From: a virus
Taxonomy: Duplodnaviria > Caudoviricetes
Virus record (IMG/VR): IMGVR_UViG_3300028559_002432
Span: 1-28,063 of that record
Length of the DNA: 28,063 nucleotides
Reading direction: 5' to 3' (one strand)
A program made the position numbers and the translations under genes. Positions 9,968 to 18,149 of the stretch are shown here, piece after piece. Under the pieces are notes generated by a model. It saw only the letters and a program-made list of their open reading frames with translations, did no database searches and was not told the origin of the DNA. Position 1 is the first letter of the stretch. Each line of letters starts with the position of its first letter.

Positions 9968-10189
9968 ATGAAAAGCTTTAAACAATATATTACAGAACTC
10001 AACGCTGCAGGTGCAGGGGGTGTATTTGGAGATGCTCCTAGTATGGGTCATGGCGGCAGTGTGGGTAATAAGGATTTTTATGCCCCAGGTGATGCCAGAA
10101 TACCTTACATAATTGGGTCAACGAGAATCAAAGGCAAAAAAAATAAAACTAAATTCCCTATTCAACGTAGAACTCTTGCTGGTATGTAG
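9968..10189 (+). CDS. Small hypothetical virion-associated protein
   Basis: 73 aa; begins MKSFKQYITE (T4 internal-protein-like N-terminus); Gly-rich middle and basic C-terminus. Confidence 0.75.
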   Translation: MKSFKQYITELNAAGAGGVFGDAPSMGHGGSVGNKDFYAPGDARIPYIIGSTRIKGKKNKTKFPIQRRTLAGM

Positions 10190-10190
10190 T

Positions 10191-10196
10191 TAAATA
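10191..10196 (+). promoter_or_regulatory. gp55-type late promoter (TAAATA)
   Basis: TAAATA-N4-ATG(10201); matches the core of the T4 late consensus TATAAATA. Confidence 0.65.
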
Positions 10197-10200
10197 ATTG

Positions 10201-10617
10201 ATGGACATAGGGCATTGGATTTTATTAGATGGTATTGAATTCAAAGAGCAACCTTTTGGTTTCATATATGAAATAACCAACACTGTTAACAACAGAAAAT
10301 ATATAGGCAAAAAACAGTGTGTCTCTAAGATTAGAAAGGCCCCTCTCAAAGGTAGAACCAATAAGAGAATTGCAATAAAAGAATCGGATTGGAAGCAATA
10401 CACTAGTTCATCTAATGAGCTCAATGAAGACATTAAAAAACATGGTAAAGATAAATTCATCTTTAAAATCTTAAAACTATGCGGCAGTAAGTGGGAGTTG
10501 GGATATTTTGAGATAAAAGAACAATTATTGAGAGAGGTAATTTTGAGAGATGATTATTACAACGGCATACTAAATGTACGCATTGGTCGACCGCCTAAAA
10601 CCTTATTGAATTTATAG
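10201..10617 (+). CDS. GIY-YIG endonuclease (Seg-like, free-standing)
   Basis: GFIYEITNTVNNRKYIGKK, W..Y.SSS, F.F.IL, YYNG; only about 138 aa. ATG 10201 lies 4 nt after TAAATA. Confidence 0.88.
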   Translation: MDIGHWILLDGIEFKEQPFGFIYEITNTVNNRKYIGKKQCVSKIRKAPLKGRTNKRIAIKESDWKQYTSSSNELNEDIKKHGKDKFIFKILKLCGSKWELGYFEIKEQLLREVILRDDYYNGILNVRIGRPPKTLLNL

Positions 10618-10633
10618 ATAGTCATTATAGAAT
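10606..10633 (+). promoter_or_regulatory. Sigma70-type promoter
   Basis: TTGAAT-N16-TAGAAT-N6-GTG(10640). Confidence 0.6.
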
Positions 10634-11143
10634 ATGAGCGTGAAGAAAGTTTTAATATTTAAAAATATTGAACTTAGAGATTTGGTAGGTTCATTCTATG
10701 AGCTGGTTGAGCCGCTGATAGAGGCTGATACACACAAGTACTCTTTAACCAAGGCCAATATTGTTAACAAATTTGCTATTTATAGATTTGTGGAATTTTT
10801 GATTGCGGCGAAGTCTAAAAAAATGAGTAAAATATTAGCATTTTACGTGGATAGTACAAGATTAAAGAATGATCTTCTTGGAAGTAATTTAAAAATTTAT
10901 AGAAAATTATGCCTGATGCTTAATGTCAAAATAATTGAAAGGGTCATTAATTTTGACGAGTATAGCGAACTTCTGAATAGTAACTCTGGTAGAGGTAAGG
11001 AAGAAAGACTGTATTTGCTTCATAAGACACTAGAGCCGACCAAGAATAGTCCTTCCAAGTTCATTGAATTACTCAACAAATATGGTATCTATAAGTTGGA
11101 TTATAGCAAAAACTCAATAAAGTTAGGCATCTTTCTAACATAA
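10634..11143 (+). CDS. Hypothetical protein
   Basis: 169 aa Lys/Leu-rich ORF tiling the region. Promoter spacing suggests the in-frame GTG at 10640 may be the true start. Confidence 0.7.
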   Translation: MSVKKVLIFKNIELRDLVGSFYELVEPLIEADTHKYSLTKANIVNKFAIYRFVEFLIAAKSKKMSKILAFYVDSTRLKNDLLGSNLKIYRKLCLMLNVKIIERVINFDEYSELLNSNSGRGKEERLYLLHKTLEPTKNSPSKFIELLNKYGIYKLDYSKNSIKLGIFLT

Positions 11144-11146
11144 ATA
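11141..11146 (+). promoter_or_regulatory. gp55-type late promoter (TAAATA)
   Basis: TAAATA-N4-ATG(11151). Confidence 0.7.
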
Positions 11147-11150
11147 ACAT

Positions 11151-11474
11151 ATGAAGTTCGATACTCTTCTCGTAAAACAATATAAAAAATATAGCTTGCA
11201 AGTGCCCAGCGATTATACCTTTAAAGAGGATGTCGATACAGGTGCTGATTTGAATATAGGTGCAGGAATTCCTGGTATGGATAAGCAAAAAATAGAAGTT
11301 GCAGCTAATGTTGACAAGAGATCTAAGCTTAACAACCTCATCTCCTCTACTCTTGATTTGTTAATTAAGAAAGCCCAAGACGGTCTTAACAAGACCAAAA
11401 CACCTTCAACTCAATCGGTGACTGCACCCACGTCGCCATCATCCAACTCACCTACTACTATCAATCCAGTTTAA
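11151..11474 (+). CDS. Hypothetical late protein
   Basis: 107 aa, TAAATA-N4-ATG upstream, S/T/P-rich tail, TAATG overlap with the next gene. Confidence 0.75.
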   Translation: MKFDTLLVKQYKKYSLQVPSDYTFKEDVDTGADLNIGAGIPGMDKQKIEVAANVDKRSKLNNLISSTLDLLIKKAQDGLNKTKTPSTQSVTAPTSPSSNSPTTINPV

Positions 11475-11818
11475 TGAAATTCTATAATTTACTCAAACAA
11501 AAATATGTTGATTTGCTTGAGCAGGTGCCAGCGGATCTTAATGGGCTGCCACCAGAAGCAATGCCTGGGGCTATGCCAACAGATCTTCAGACTCCTCCAA
11601 GAATAGAGACAGAAAAGCAGCCATTAACAGCTGAGGGTGAAGTATTTTTAGTTAGATTGCTGCGCAAAGCTCTTTTTATGAACCCGGGTGATATAGATGA
11701 AAAATTATTAAAAGACTTGCCAGAGATAAATGAAAAGAATGCTTCAGAAGTTCTTAACTCTATCATCAACATAATGAAGAAGTACTCAAATACAATTGAT
11801 GTAGAGACTAAAGTATAA
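11474..11818 (+). CDS. Hypothetical late protein
   Basis: 114 aa; MKF start similar to the upstream gene, Pro-rich linker, then a helical domain. Confidence 0.75.
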   Translation: MKFYNLLKQKYVDLLEQVPADLNGLPPEAMPGAMPTDLQTPPRIETEKQPLTAEGEVFLVRLLRKALFMNPGDIDEKLLKDLPEINEKNASEVLNSIINIMKKYSNTIDVETKV

Positions 11819-11824
11819 TAAATA
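11819..11824 (+). promoter_or_regulatory. gp55-type late promoter (TAAATA)
   Basis: TAAATA-N4-GTG(11829). Confidence 0.7.
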
Positions 11825-11828
11825 ACTT

Positions 11829-13127
11829 GTGGCATACAAGAGTTTAAAAGACATTTACCTGAGTCAAACTTATGGTAGAAAAATACCAGTTCTCCCCAGA
11901 CAAGATGTGTACAATGAACAAGTTGGACAACCAGTAGAAGTGCCTCAAGAGCCTGTGCAAACAGCAATAGAACCTGTAGACAGCGACGGAGTACAACAGG
12001 ATGATACTACAGAAGTAAAGCCTCAAACAATTAATAAAATAAAAGTTCCTTTCTCTTTAGACAGCGTACATGAAGCCAGCTGGCCAGTAGCTTCTGCAGG
12101 GGTACCGTTCAATACAAAAAGCTTCACACCTCATGTAGGTGAAGGAAATGGTGAAAGAAAGGTAGCTTCTCTCTTTCACCCACAAATGAAGAAAGAGCCA
12201 GATAATAGATATACAGAAAGATTGGGCACCTTTATTGCAGGCCAGAATGAATCTTTTGATGTTGTATCAGAACAAGGAAATTTTGAAGTTAAGGAATTTA
12301 AGCTTGCTAAAAACGGAAAGTATAGAGGCAGTGTGAGAATAGGTGCTGAAGGCAAGCACACCACAGGCATGATACTATCCCAGGTAAAGGATTTGCTCAT
12401 TATTCTGCTTCAAACATATTCATCGCTGGATAATGACTCTAAGAAAGTTTTAAATGACAATTTGATTAAAAACATATCTACTACTAATGATATACCGCCA
12501 GGATGGAATCTAGAGAATTACATTGATGCTATTTTTGATGTAACCATAGGCGAGGACAAAGGTATAACGGAATTTCCTAAAACTCTGTTTCATGGTCAAG
12601 AGATAAATCCTAATTTATTTACTAGAAATAAAAAGCGAGCCACTTACTTGGTTTACACCATACCACAGATTTTAAATGCGCTCAAACAATTGGCTCTACA
12701 GGATCAAAATCAAGCAAATTTAGACAATGAAATTAATCGTGTTAAAAACCTGCAAAGCACTCTCAAAGGATTATATTTGAAAAAGGATGATGAGAAATTT
12801 AGTAAAGAAATAGAGAAAGAAGCTGAGTCCTTGGATAGGAAATTAATCAGCAAAGCATGCTTATCTGATAGGGGGTCCAATTGCATTACCATTAATACCT
12901 TCCTTCAGAAATTAGAGAGACTTGACCTGGGTGGTGTGTTTAACAGCATTGATCAGTTGCGGCAAAGTGAGGTTGCAAATATATTCCCTCCAGAGGTTGT
13001 TGGGTTCTTTGCAGTTTTTGAGACAAAGTATAAGTATATTCCCAGGGCTCTACTGAAGGACTATATGGTTATAGATAGCTTTACCCAGAAAGGACTTAAG
13101 ATAGCATTAAAAAGTGAAAACGTTTAA
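11829..13127 (+). CDS. Putative PD-(D/E)XK nuclease-domain protein
   Basis: 432 aa; GEGNGERKVASLF followed by SFDVVSEQGNFEVKEF resembles the E...D...ExK core of restriction-like nucleases. The CDS is solid; the function is tentative. Confidence 0.6.
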   Translation: MAYKSLKDIYLSQTYGRKIPVLPRQDVYNEQVGQPVEVPQEPVQTAIEPVDSDGVQQDDTTEVKPQTINKIKVPFSLDSVHEASWPVASAGVPFNTKSFTPHVGEGNGERKVASLFHPQMKKEPDNRYTERLGTFIAGQNESFDVVSEQGNFEVKEFKLAKNGKYRGSVRIGAEGKHTTGMILSQVKDLLIILLQTYSSLDNDSKKVLNDNLIKNISTTNDIPPGWNLENYIDAIFDVTIGEDKGITEFPKTLFHGQEINPNLFTRNKKRATYLVYTIPQILNALKQLALQDQNQANLDNEINRVKNLQSTLKGLYLKKDDEKFSKEIEKEAESLDRKLISKACLSDRGSNCITINTFLQKLERLDLGGVFNSIDQLRQSEVANIFPPEVVGFFAVFETKYKYIPRALLKDYMVIDSFTQKGLKIALKSENV

Positions 13128-13746
13128 AATTTTCTTTGAAAATACAAACACTCTGACATTAGGTCTGTTTCCCGGCGCATTTAAACCACCACATAAAGGA
13201 CATCTGCAAACTGTGGTCGATGCGTTGAAAAACAATCAAAAGGTTATAGTTCTTATTTCCGGCGAAGAGCGTGAAGGCATTAATCCGGAGAAATCTATGA
13301 TGGTTTGGACACAATTCAAACAGTCTATGAATTTAAATAATTTAGAGATTCATATAATATCAGGATCACCTGTGGCAGCAGTGTATCAGATAGTAGACAT
13401 TCTTAATAATAGTTCTTATTCACCAACAAAGAGATCTCCAGCGCCCTTGCCTGAATCCAAAACAATTGCAGACAACTTATTGAAACAATCAGCAATATTC
13501 GCTATCAAGCTATATGCTAGTGAGGAAGATTTTGGCAGATATAATGCGTTTTTTAATCCTAAGACTTCTGATATTTATGTAGGTAAAAATGTTAAAAGTA
13601 TTGATAAAGGAGAAGTGAAGAGACTGGCCTCAGCTACTGATGTTAGAAAAAGCATTGTGACTGATAACTTTGATAGATTTAAAGCGTCAATGCCTAACAT
13701 AGGTGATGATAAATTAAAAGCAATATTTGGAGCTCTGCAAACATGA
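13114..13746 (+). CDS. HxGH-family nucleotidyltransferase (cytidylyltransferase/PPAT/NMNAT-like)
   Basis: LFPGAFKPPHKGH (HIGH motif) and C-terminal SATDVR (SxS/TxxR motif). Confidence 0.88.
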   Translation: MKTFKIFFENTNTLTLGLFPGAFKPPHKGHLQTVVDALKNNQKVIVLISGEEREGINPEKSMMVWTQFKQSMNLNNLEIHIISGSPVAAVYQIVDILNNSSYSPTKRSPAPLPESKTIADNLLKQSAIFAIKLYASEEDFGRYNAFFNPKTSDIYVGKNVKSIDKGEVKRLASATDVRKSIVTDNFDRFKASMPNIGDDKLKAIFGALQT

Positions 13747-15110
13747 TATCCTACAAAGACTTCACAACAACCAATGTTGTACTTGAAGACACTTCACATA
13801 TTAAGACTCATTTGTCTCACTTGGAAGATTTGGCTATTGAAAAGGGCAAGGAAGGATTTGTTGAATTTATGGAGCAGATTTCTAACTTGGTGAACAAGAT
13901 TAAGGGGTATGAAACTAATACCGAAATTAATGCAAAAATAGACGGTAGCCCCATGATATTGTTTGGTGTTGATCCGAGAAAGGCCCATTTTAACAAATTT
14001 TTTATCTCTCTGAAAAGTGGTTTGAGTGAAAAAAATCCAAAAATAATGCACAGTAATGAAGAGGTGGATACCTTTTATTCTGGTGAACAGACTCTGGCTA
14101 ACAAGCTTAAAAATTTGCTAGTAAATCTTAAATCAGCATACGATGGATCAGGCAATACGTATCAAGCAGATGTATTGTATTCCTCCATGGAGGATAAGAA
14201 ACAGACAACTATAAATGGAGAAAATTTTATTGTGTTTAAGCCTAATACAATAGTATATGCAGTACCAATGGACACAGATTCTGATTTAAGCAAGAGAATT
14301 ATTGAATCGTCTGTAGGGGTCATTGTGCATGAATCTTTTAAACCCATAGCAGTAAATTCGACCATATTGCCTGCAGTATCAGGTGTAGCACCAGATCAAA
14401 CAATAAAGCTTACTTCCGCAGGAAGAAATGTAGATTCTATTATTGAATCTGGTAAAAGGGCTAATGTTTTCATAGAGAGTAGCAACTATGGCGCTGTTAG
14501 TTACAATATTCCCGATATTACTTTTGAAAAAATAGCAAACAATTTAATGCAGGCTAAATCTAAGATAGATTTGATTAATTCTAATTTTAATAAAGAATAC
14601 ATCAAAAGCCCGGCGCTGTCGTTGCTCAAGATATATCTGAACAAGCAGGTTGACAACCCAGCATCAAGTATCTTCACATCTGCAATGAAGGGTGGGGATT
14701 TAGATTTGAAAGAATTTATGGAAGGATTTGTATCGTTCTTAAAGCATCGCTTCGAGAAAGAAGGTCAAACCAAAAAAACGGAATCTGGTAGAAAAAATAT
14801 TCAGTCCAAGCTTAATTCCATATTAACATTTATTAAAGAAAATCAAGAAAGCTTTAAGAGCTTGATAGAGGCAACTTTCCATATGGCAGTTATAAAGTAT
14901 ATTATTTTAAATATTTTATCTAGCTTAGATTCTAAGATAGGACGAACATTTGTGCAGATGCCTGATGGTACTCTGGTCAAAACCAAAGACGAAGGATATG
15001 TACTCTTTGTAGGAACCAATCACGTGAAAATAGTGGACAGGTTAGACTTTACCAAGATGAACAGACAGGTAGGTGGGAAAAAGAGGGCAGATTTAGTCTC
15101 TAAGTTCTAA
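13743..15110 (+). CDS. DUF6267-like protein with ATP-dependent ligase/capping-enzyme motifs
   Basis: THLSHLED, KIDGSP (motif I KxDG), YQADVLY, FKPNTIVY, EGYV (motif IV), KIVDRLDF (motif V); ATGA overlap with the HxGH gene. Confidence 0.78.
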   Translation: MISYKDFTTTNVVLEDTSHIKTHLSHLEDLAIEKGKEGFVEFMEQISNLVNKIKGYETNTEINAKIDGSPMILFGVDPRKAHFNKFFISLKSGLSEKNPKIMHSNEEVDTFYSGEQTLANKLKNLLVNLKSAYDGSGNTYQADVLYSSMEDKKQTTINGENFIVFKPNTIVYAVPMDTDSDLSKRIIESSVGVIVHESFKPIAVNSTILPAVSGVAPDQTIKLTSAGRNVDSIIESGKRANVFIESSNYGAVSYNIPDITFEKIANNLMQAKSKIDLINSNFNKEYIKSPALSLLKIYLNKQVDNPASSIFTSAMKGGDLDLKEFMEGFVSFLKHRFEKEGQTKKTESGRKNIQSKLNSILTFIKENQESFKSLIEATFHMAVIKYIILNILSSLDSKIGRTFVQMPDGTLVKTKDEGYVLFVGTNHVKIVDRLDFTKMNRQVGGKKRADLVSKF

Positions 15111-15629
15111 TTGAAATATTGCTTCGCGTATAGCCTTCTGAATAGTATCTTTATTTTCACCAGTCAACAGATCACGTATTTTACTGACTACTTTATATTC
15201 ATGGTCATCATGTTGACCTTGAAATTTACCTTTGCTCTCAAAATCTTTGTATTCTAAGTAGTGTAAGATGCTGTCCAAATAATCACCAGCAAGAGTAATT
15301 TTACTGAATACCCAGGGCTCAAGATCAGGTGTGCGTTCAATTATATCATGTAATTTCTTGCTATAATTATGAATTTTATATAGTTCACTCTTGGCCATGC
15401 TAGTTTCTTCTGTGTCTGGTCCTGGTACATCCACAATACCTGCAGGGTTATCCATAGTTATGTTCTCACTTTCTTCAGCTTTAGCTGGAACCTTCTGTAC
15501 TTTGACATTTACCTGTCCAAAAGAGGATGGGCTGACGTTCTGATCTATTGCAGGACTTAACCCCAAGCTAGTTTCATTGATTTGGTCGTAAGCCTCTTTT
15601 ATGTTGATTAAATCAGATTTTCTGTTCAC
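15093..15629 (-). CDS. Conserved hypothetical phage late protein
   Basis: 178 aa, GTG start 4 nt after TAAATA; helical block MAKSELYKI...LEPWVFSKITLAGDYLDSILHYLEY. Confidence 0.78.
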   Translation of the reverse strand: MNRKSDLINIKEAYDQINETSLGLSPAIDQNVSPSSFGQVNVKVQKVPAKAEESENITMDNPAGIVDVPGPDTEETSMAKSELYKIHNYSKKLHDIIERTPDLEPWVFSKITLAGDYLDSILHYLEYKDFESKGKFQGQHDDHEYKVVSKIRDLLTGENKDTIQKAIREAIFQLELRD

Positions 15630-15633
15630 TTAT

Positions 15634-15653
15634 TATTTATGCTCCATTAAATA
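15634..15653. promoter_or_regulatory. Back-to-back late promoters
   Basis: Minus strand: TAAATA (15634-15639)-N4-GTG(15629). Plus strand: TAAATA (15648-15653)-N5-GTG(15659). Confidence 0.65.
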
Positions 15654-15658
15654 TATAT

Positions 15659-16072
15659 GTGAGGCCTTACAAAACTTTTGTTAATGAACAGATTCTAGGT
15701 CTTACTGAAGGTATGACTATTCAGCATGTTGGTTTTGTTCAAGCCAAAATAGACACAGGCAACAGTGCCTATAATGTGCTTCACGGCTTAATTGAAAAGG
15801 AAGAAAACGGCAATGTTACCTTCAAGACCGTTAAAGATAAAATTTTAACTCTGCCAATAGTTGAGCATATACCCATTCACATAGGTAGTGGCAATGTTGA
15901 AAAGAGGCCTGTTGTTGAGTTGGACTGTGGCATAGGCAGCAAGCAATTCAATGGAGTCAAGTTTAGTATAGCAGATAGATCGCAAAACGACTATCCAGTT
16001 TTGATTGGTGAGGATTTCATTAAACTCAATGGTGGAATAGTTAACGTCAAGATTAATAATGACGGTGACTAA
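15659..16072 (+). CDS. Retropepsin-like aspartic protease (RimK-associated 'ATP-dependent zinc protease' family)
   Basis: AKIDTGN (DTG catalytic motif), EKRPVV, FSIADRS, YPVLIG. Confidence 0.85.
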   Translation: MRPYKTFVNEQILGLTEGMTIQHVGFVQAKIDTGNSAYNVLHGLIEKEENGNVTFKTVKDKILTLPIVEHIPIHIGSGNVEKRPVVELDCGIGSKQFNGVKFSIADRSQNDYPVLIGEDFIKLNGGIVNVKINNDGD

Positions 16073-16084
16073 TAATCCTTACAA

Positions 16085-16738
16085 TTAAATTAATTTTCTA
16101 TTTTGCGCAAATTCAATGAATTTATAGAATTCACTTCTAGAATTGTCTTTATCATCCAAGAATGCTCCAGACATTCTAGCGGTTCTCATGGTTGAATCAT
16201 GACGAATGCCTCTGTTGGAACAACATGTATGAGCTGCTTCTATCATCACTGCAACACCCTTGTTTTTGACACACACCTCATCAATATACTTGTGAACTTG
16301 CATTGTAAGATTCTCTTGAACTTGTGGTCTGCGAGAAAACCAATCAACAATACGATTCAATTTGCTGAGACCTATGACTTTGCCGTCCTTGGCAGGAATA
16401 TATGCAACATGGGCAAACCCCATGAAAGGTGCATGGTGGTGTGAGCATAGTGAAGTTAATTTGATATTGGTTTGTGAAACAATGCCATCATACTCATCCA
16501 CATTATCAAATGCTGTAATCTTCGGTGGTTCGCTATAACATCCCCATGCGAAATCATCAACAAATGCTTTGGCCACTCTAAGGGGTGTGTTGGCACTATT
16601 TGGATCGTTTCTCCAGTCATACCCTAAAGCATCCATGTAAGCTTCATAAGCTTTGGACGCTTTGTCGATAATCTGCTCTTTTTCTTCTTGAGAACGTGGG
16701 ATATTATGGTTGGCAAATGCGAGTTTGTTCTTAAACAT
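16085..16738 (-). CDS. folE: GTP cyclohydrolase I
   Basis: TPLRVAK, SLCSHHHAPF.G.AHVAYIP, GLSKLNRIV, RRPQVQENLT, AAHTC...RG. Start set at ATG 16738 from promoter spacing. Confidence 0.96.
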   Translation of the reverse strand: MFKNKLAFANHNIPRSQEEKEQIIDKASKAYEAYMDALGYDWRNDPNSANTPLRVAKAFVDDFAWGCYSEPPKITAFDNVDEYDGIVSQTNIKLTSLCSHHHAPFMGFAHVAYIPAKDGKVIGLSKLNRIVDWFSRRPQVQENLTMQVHKYIDEVCVKNKGVAVMIEAAHTCCSNRGIRHDSTMRTARMSGAFLDDKDNSRSEFYKFIEFAQNRKLI

Positions 16739-16745
16739 ATTCAAT

Positions 16746-16772
16746 ATTATAGTAGGAAACTAATTTAATCAA
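16746..16772 (-). promoter_or_regulatory. Sigma70-type promoter of folE
   Basis: TTGATT-N15-TATAAT-N7-ATG(16738). Confidence 0.65.
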
Positions 16773-16775
16773 GAT

Positions 16776-16781
16776 TAAATA
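16776..16781 (+). promoter_or_regulatory. gp55-type late promoter (TAAATA)
   Basis: TAAATA-N4-ATG(16786). Confidence 0.65.
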
Positions 16782-16785
16782 TAAA

Positions 16786-17208
16786 ATGAAGGTTGATAGA
16801 GCAATAGAAGAGACGTTTAAGAAATCTAGTTTGAAGAGAATTAGGATTAAGGTAGACCCAAGACAGCTTGTCAATCAAGGATTTGAACACTGTGATAGCT
16901 TTGAAGGTTATGTTCTAGAAGAGTGTGGCAACGAATTGAAAGTATATATTTTAAATACACATCCAGGAATAGAGCCTGTGCAGATGGTGGATAAGAAAAA
17001 TACTGGTGAAATAGAGAATACCACATTCAACAAGGACAGATTATTAAAGATATTAGACATGTTGAACTTGCCTGAAGGGACACCTGGGGTGGAACAAATA
17101 AAAAATACTAATGATCCTGAATTTATTGTGAAGTATTTTAATGATCTACCAGTAGATAAAGACAAATTACTTGATGTTTTGAAGGCTGTACTGATGTCCA
17201 ATAAATAG
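16786..17208 (+). CDS. Hypothetical late protein
   Basis: 140 aa, TAAATA-N4-ATG; KRIRIKVDP...FEGYVLEE block. Confidence 0.75.
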   Translation: MKVDRAIEETFKKSSLKRIRIKVDPRQLVNQGFEHCDSFEGYVLEECGNELKVYILNTHPGIEPVQMVDKKNTGEIENTTFNKDRLLKILDMLNLPEGTPGVEQIKNTNDPEFIVKYFNDLPVDKDKLLDVLKAVLMSNK

Positions 17209-17255
17209 AGGGTATGATGGTTGTGCCAAGTGTATTAAGAATCAAGAATAACTAA

Positions 17256-17283
17256 TTGATATTGCTTGTCTGTATATTAACAT
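17256..17283 (+). promoter_or_regulatory. Sigma70-type promoter of queD
   Basis: TTGATA-N16-TAACAT-N6-ATG(17290). Confidence 0.6.
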
Positions 17284-17289
17284 AATGAT

Positions 17290-17949
17290 ATGTTATATCA
17301 AAGCACCAAGATTATTGAGCTAGGCAGTTGCGCATTCAGACAGTGGAAAGCAGACAGCCATTGTAAGTTTATACATGGCTATAGATTGGTAGCTAAATTC
17401 TGGTTTGGTTGTGACAGGCTGGATGAAAGAAACTGGGTTGTAGATTTTGGTGGCCTCAAGGAACTTAAGCAAGTTTTAGAGAAACAGTTTGATCATACAT
17501 TTTGTGTGTCGGCTGATGATCCTCTATTAGAGCAATTCAAAGCTCTACATGCTTCAGGAGCTGCAGATCTTAGAGTAATGCCCAAGGGTGTGGGTATTGA
17601 AAGAACAGCAGAATGGTGTTTTGATGTGGCGGATGGGCATGTGAGAGGTATCACAAGCAATAGATGCTGGGTAGAGAGAGTTGAAGTATGGGAACATGAT
17701 AAAAATTCTGCTATTGTAAGTTTTGAGAGCGTAAGGGATATTAGCAACAAGGATTGTTATGTAAAAGATAGTCACCAAAAAGTCGACACTATTACAACAA
17801 CAATTTCTCCAATACTTGAGAATGTCAATACTACTGGTGCCGGTAACAACATTGTCAGCCCAGTTGCAACAGATACTGCTGCAAGAGTAACCCCAAAGGT
17901 AACCACAGGTTATGCAAATCCCTTTGGTGGTACTAGCTGGGGTGCATGA
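17290..17949 (+). CDS. queD: 6-carboxy-5,6,7,8-tetrahydropterin synthase / PTPS family
   Basis: HCKFIHGY, WVVDFGGLK, FDHT, VEVWEHDKNSA; carries an extra T/N-rich C-terminal tail of about 75 aa. Confidence 0.9.
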   Translation: MLYQSTKIIELGSCAFRQWKADSHCKFIHGYRLVAKFWFGCDRLDERNWVVDFGGLKELKQVLEKQFDHTFCVSADDPLLEQFKALHASGAADLRVMPKGVGIERTAEWCFDVADGHVRGITSNRCWVERVEVWEHDKNSAIVSFESVRDISNKDCYVKDSHQKVDTITTTISPILENVNTTGAGNNIVSPVATDTAARVTPKVTTGYANPFGGTSWGA

Positions 17950-18149
17950 TAAAGAGAGAGAGGGACCCTATTCAAGTGAAACTTGAACAGGACATATTCG
18001 GTAAGCTGGCTGAAATAGCTAATGCAAATGACAATGTATCACCATCAAGTTCACCCAATCAAATAAACACCATTGGTGTTGAAGAGGCTCTTAGAGAGTT
18101 AATTACTATCTTTAGAGGTGCTAGTGGTGATTCACCATCGGTGTCTTGA
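17946..18149 (+). CDS. Small hypothetical protein
   Basis: 67 aa; ATGA overlap with the queD stop. Confidence 0.6.
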   Translation: MIKRERDPIQVKLEQDIFGKLAEIANANDNVSPSSSPNQINTIGVEEALRELITIFRGASGDSPSVS

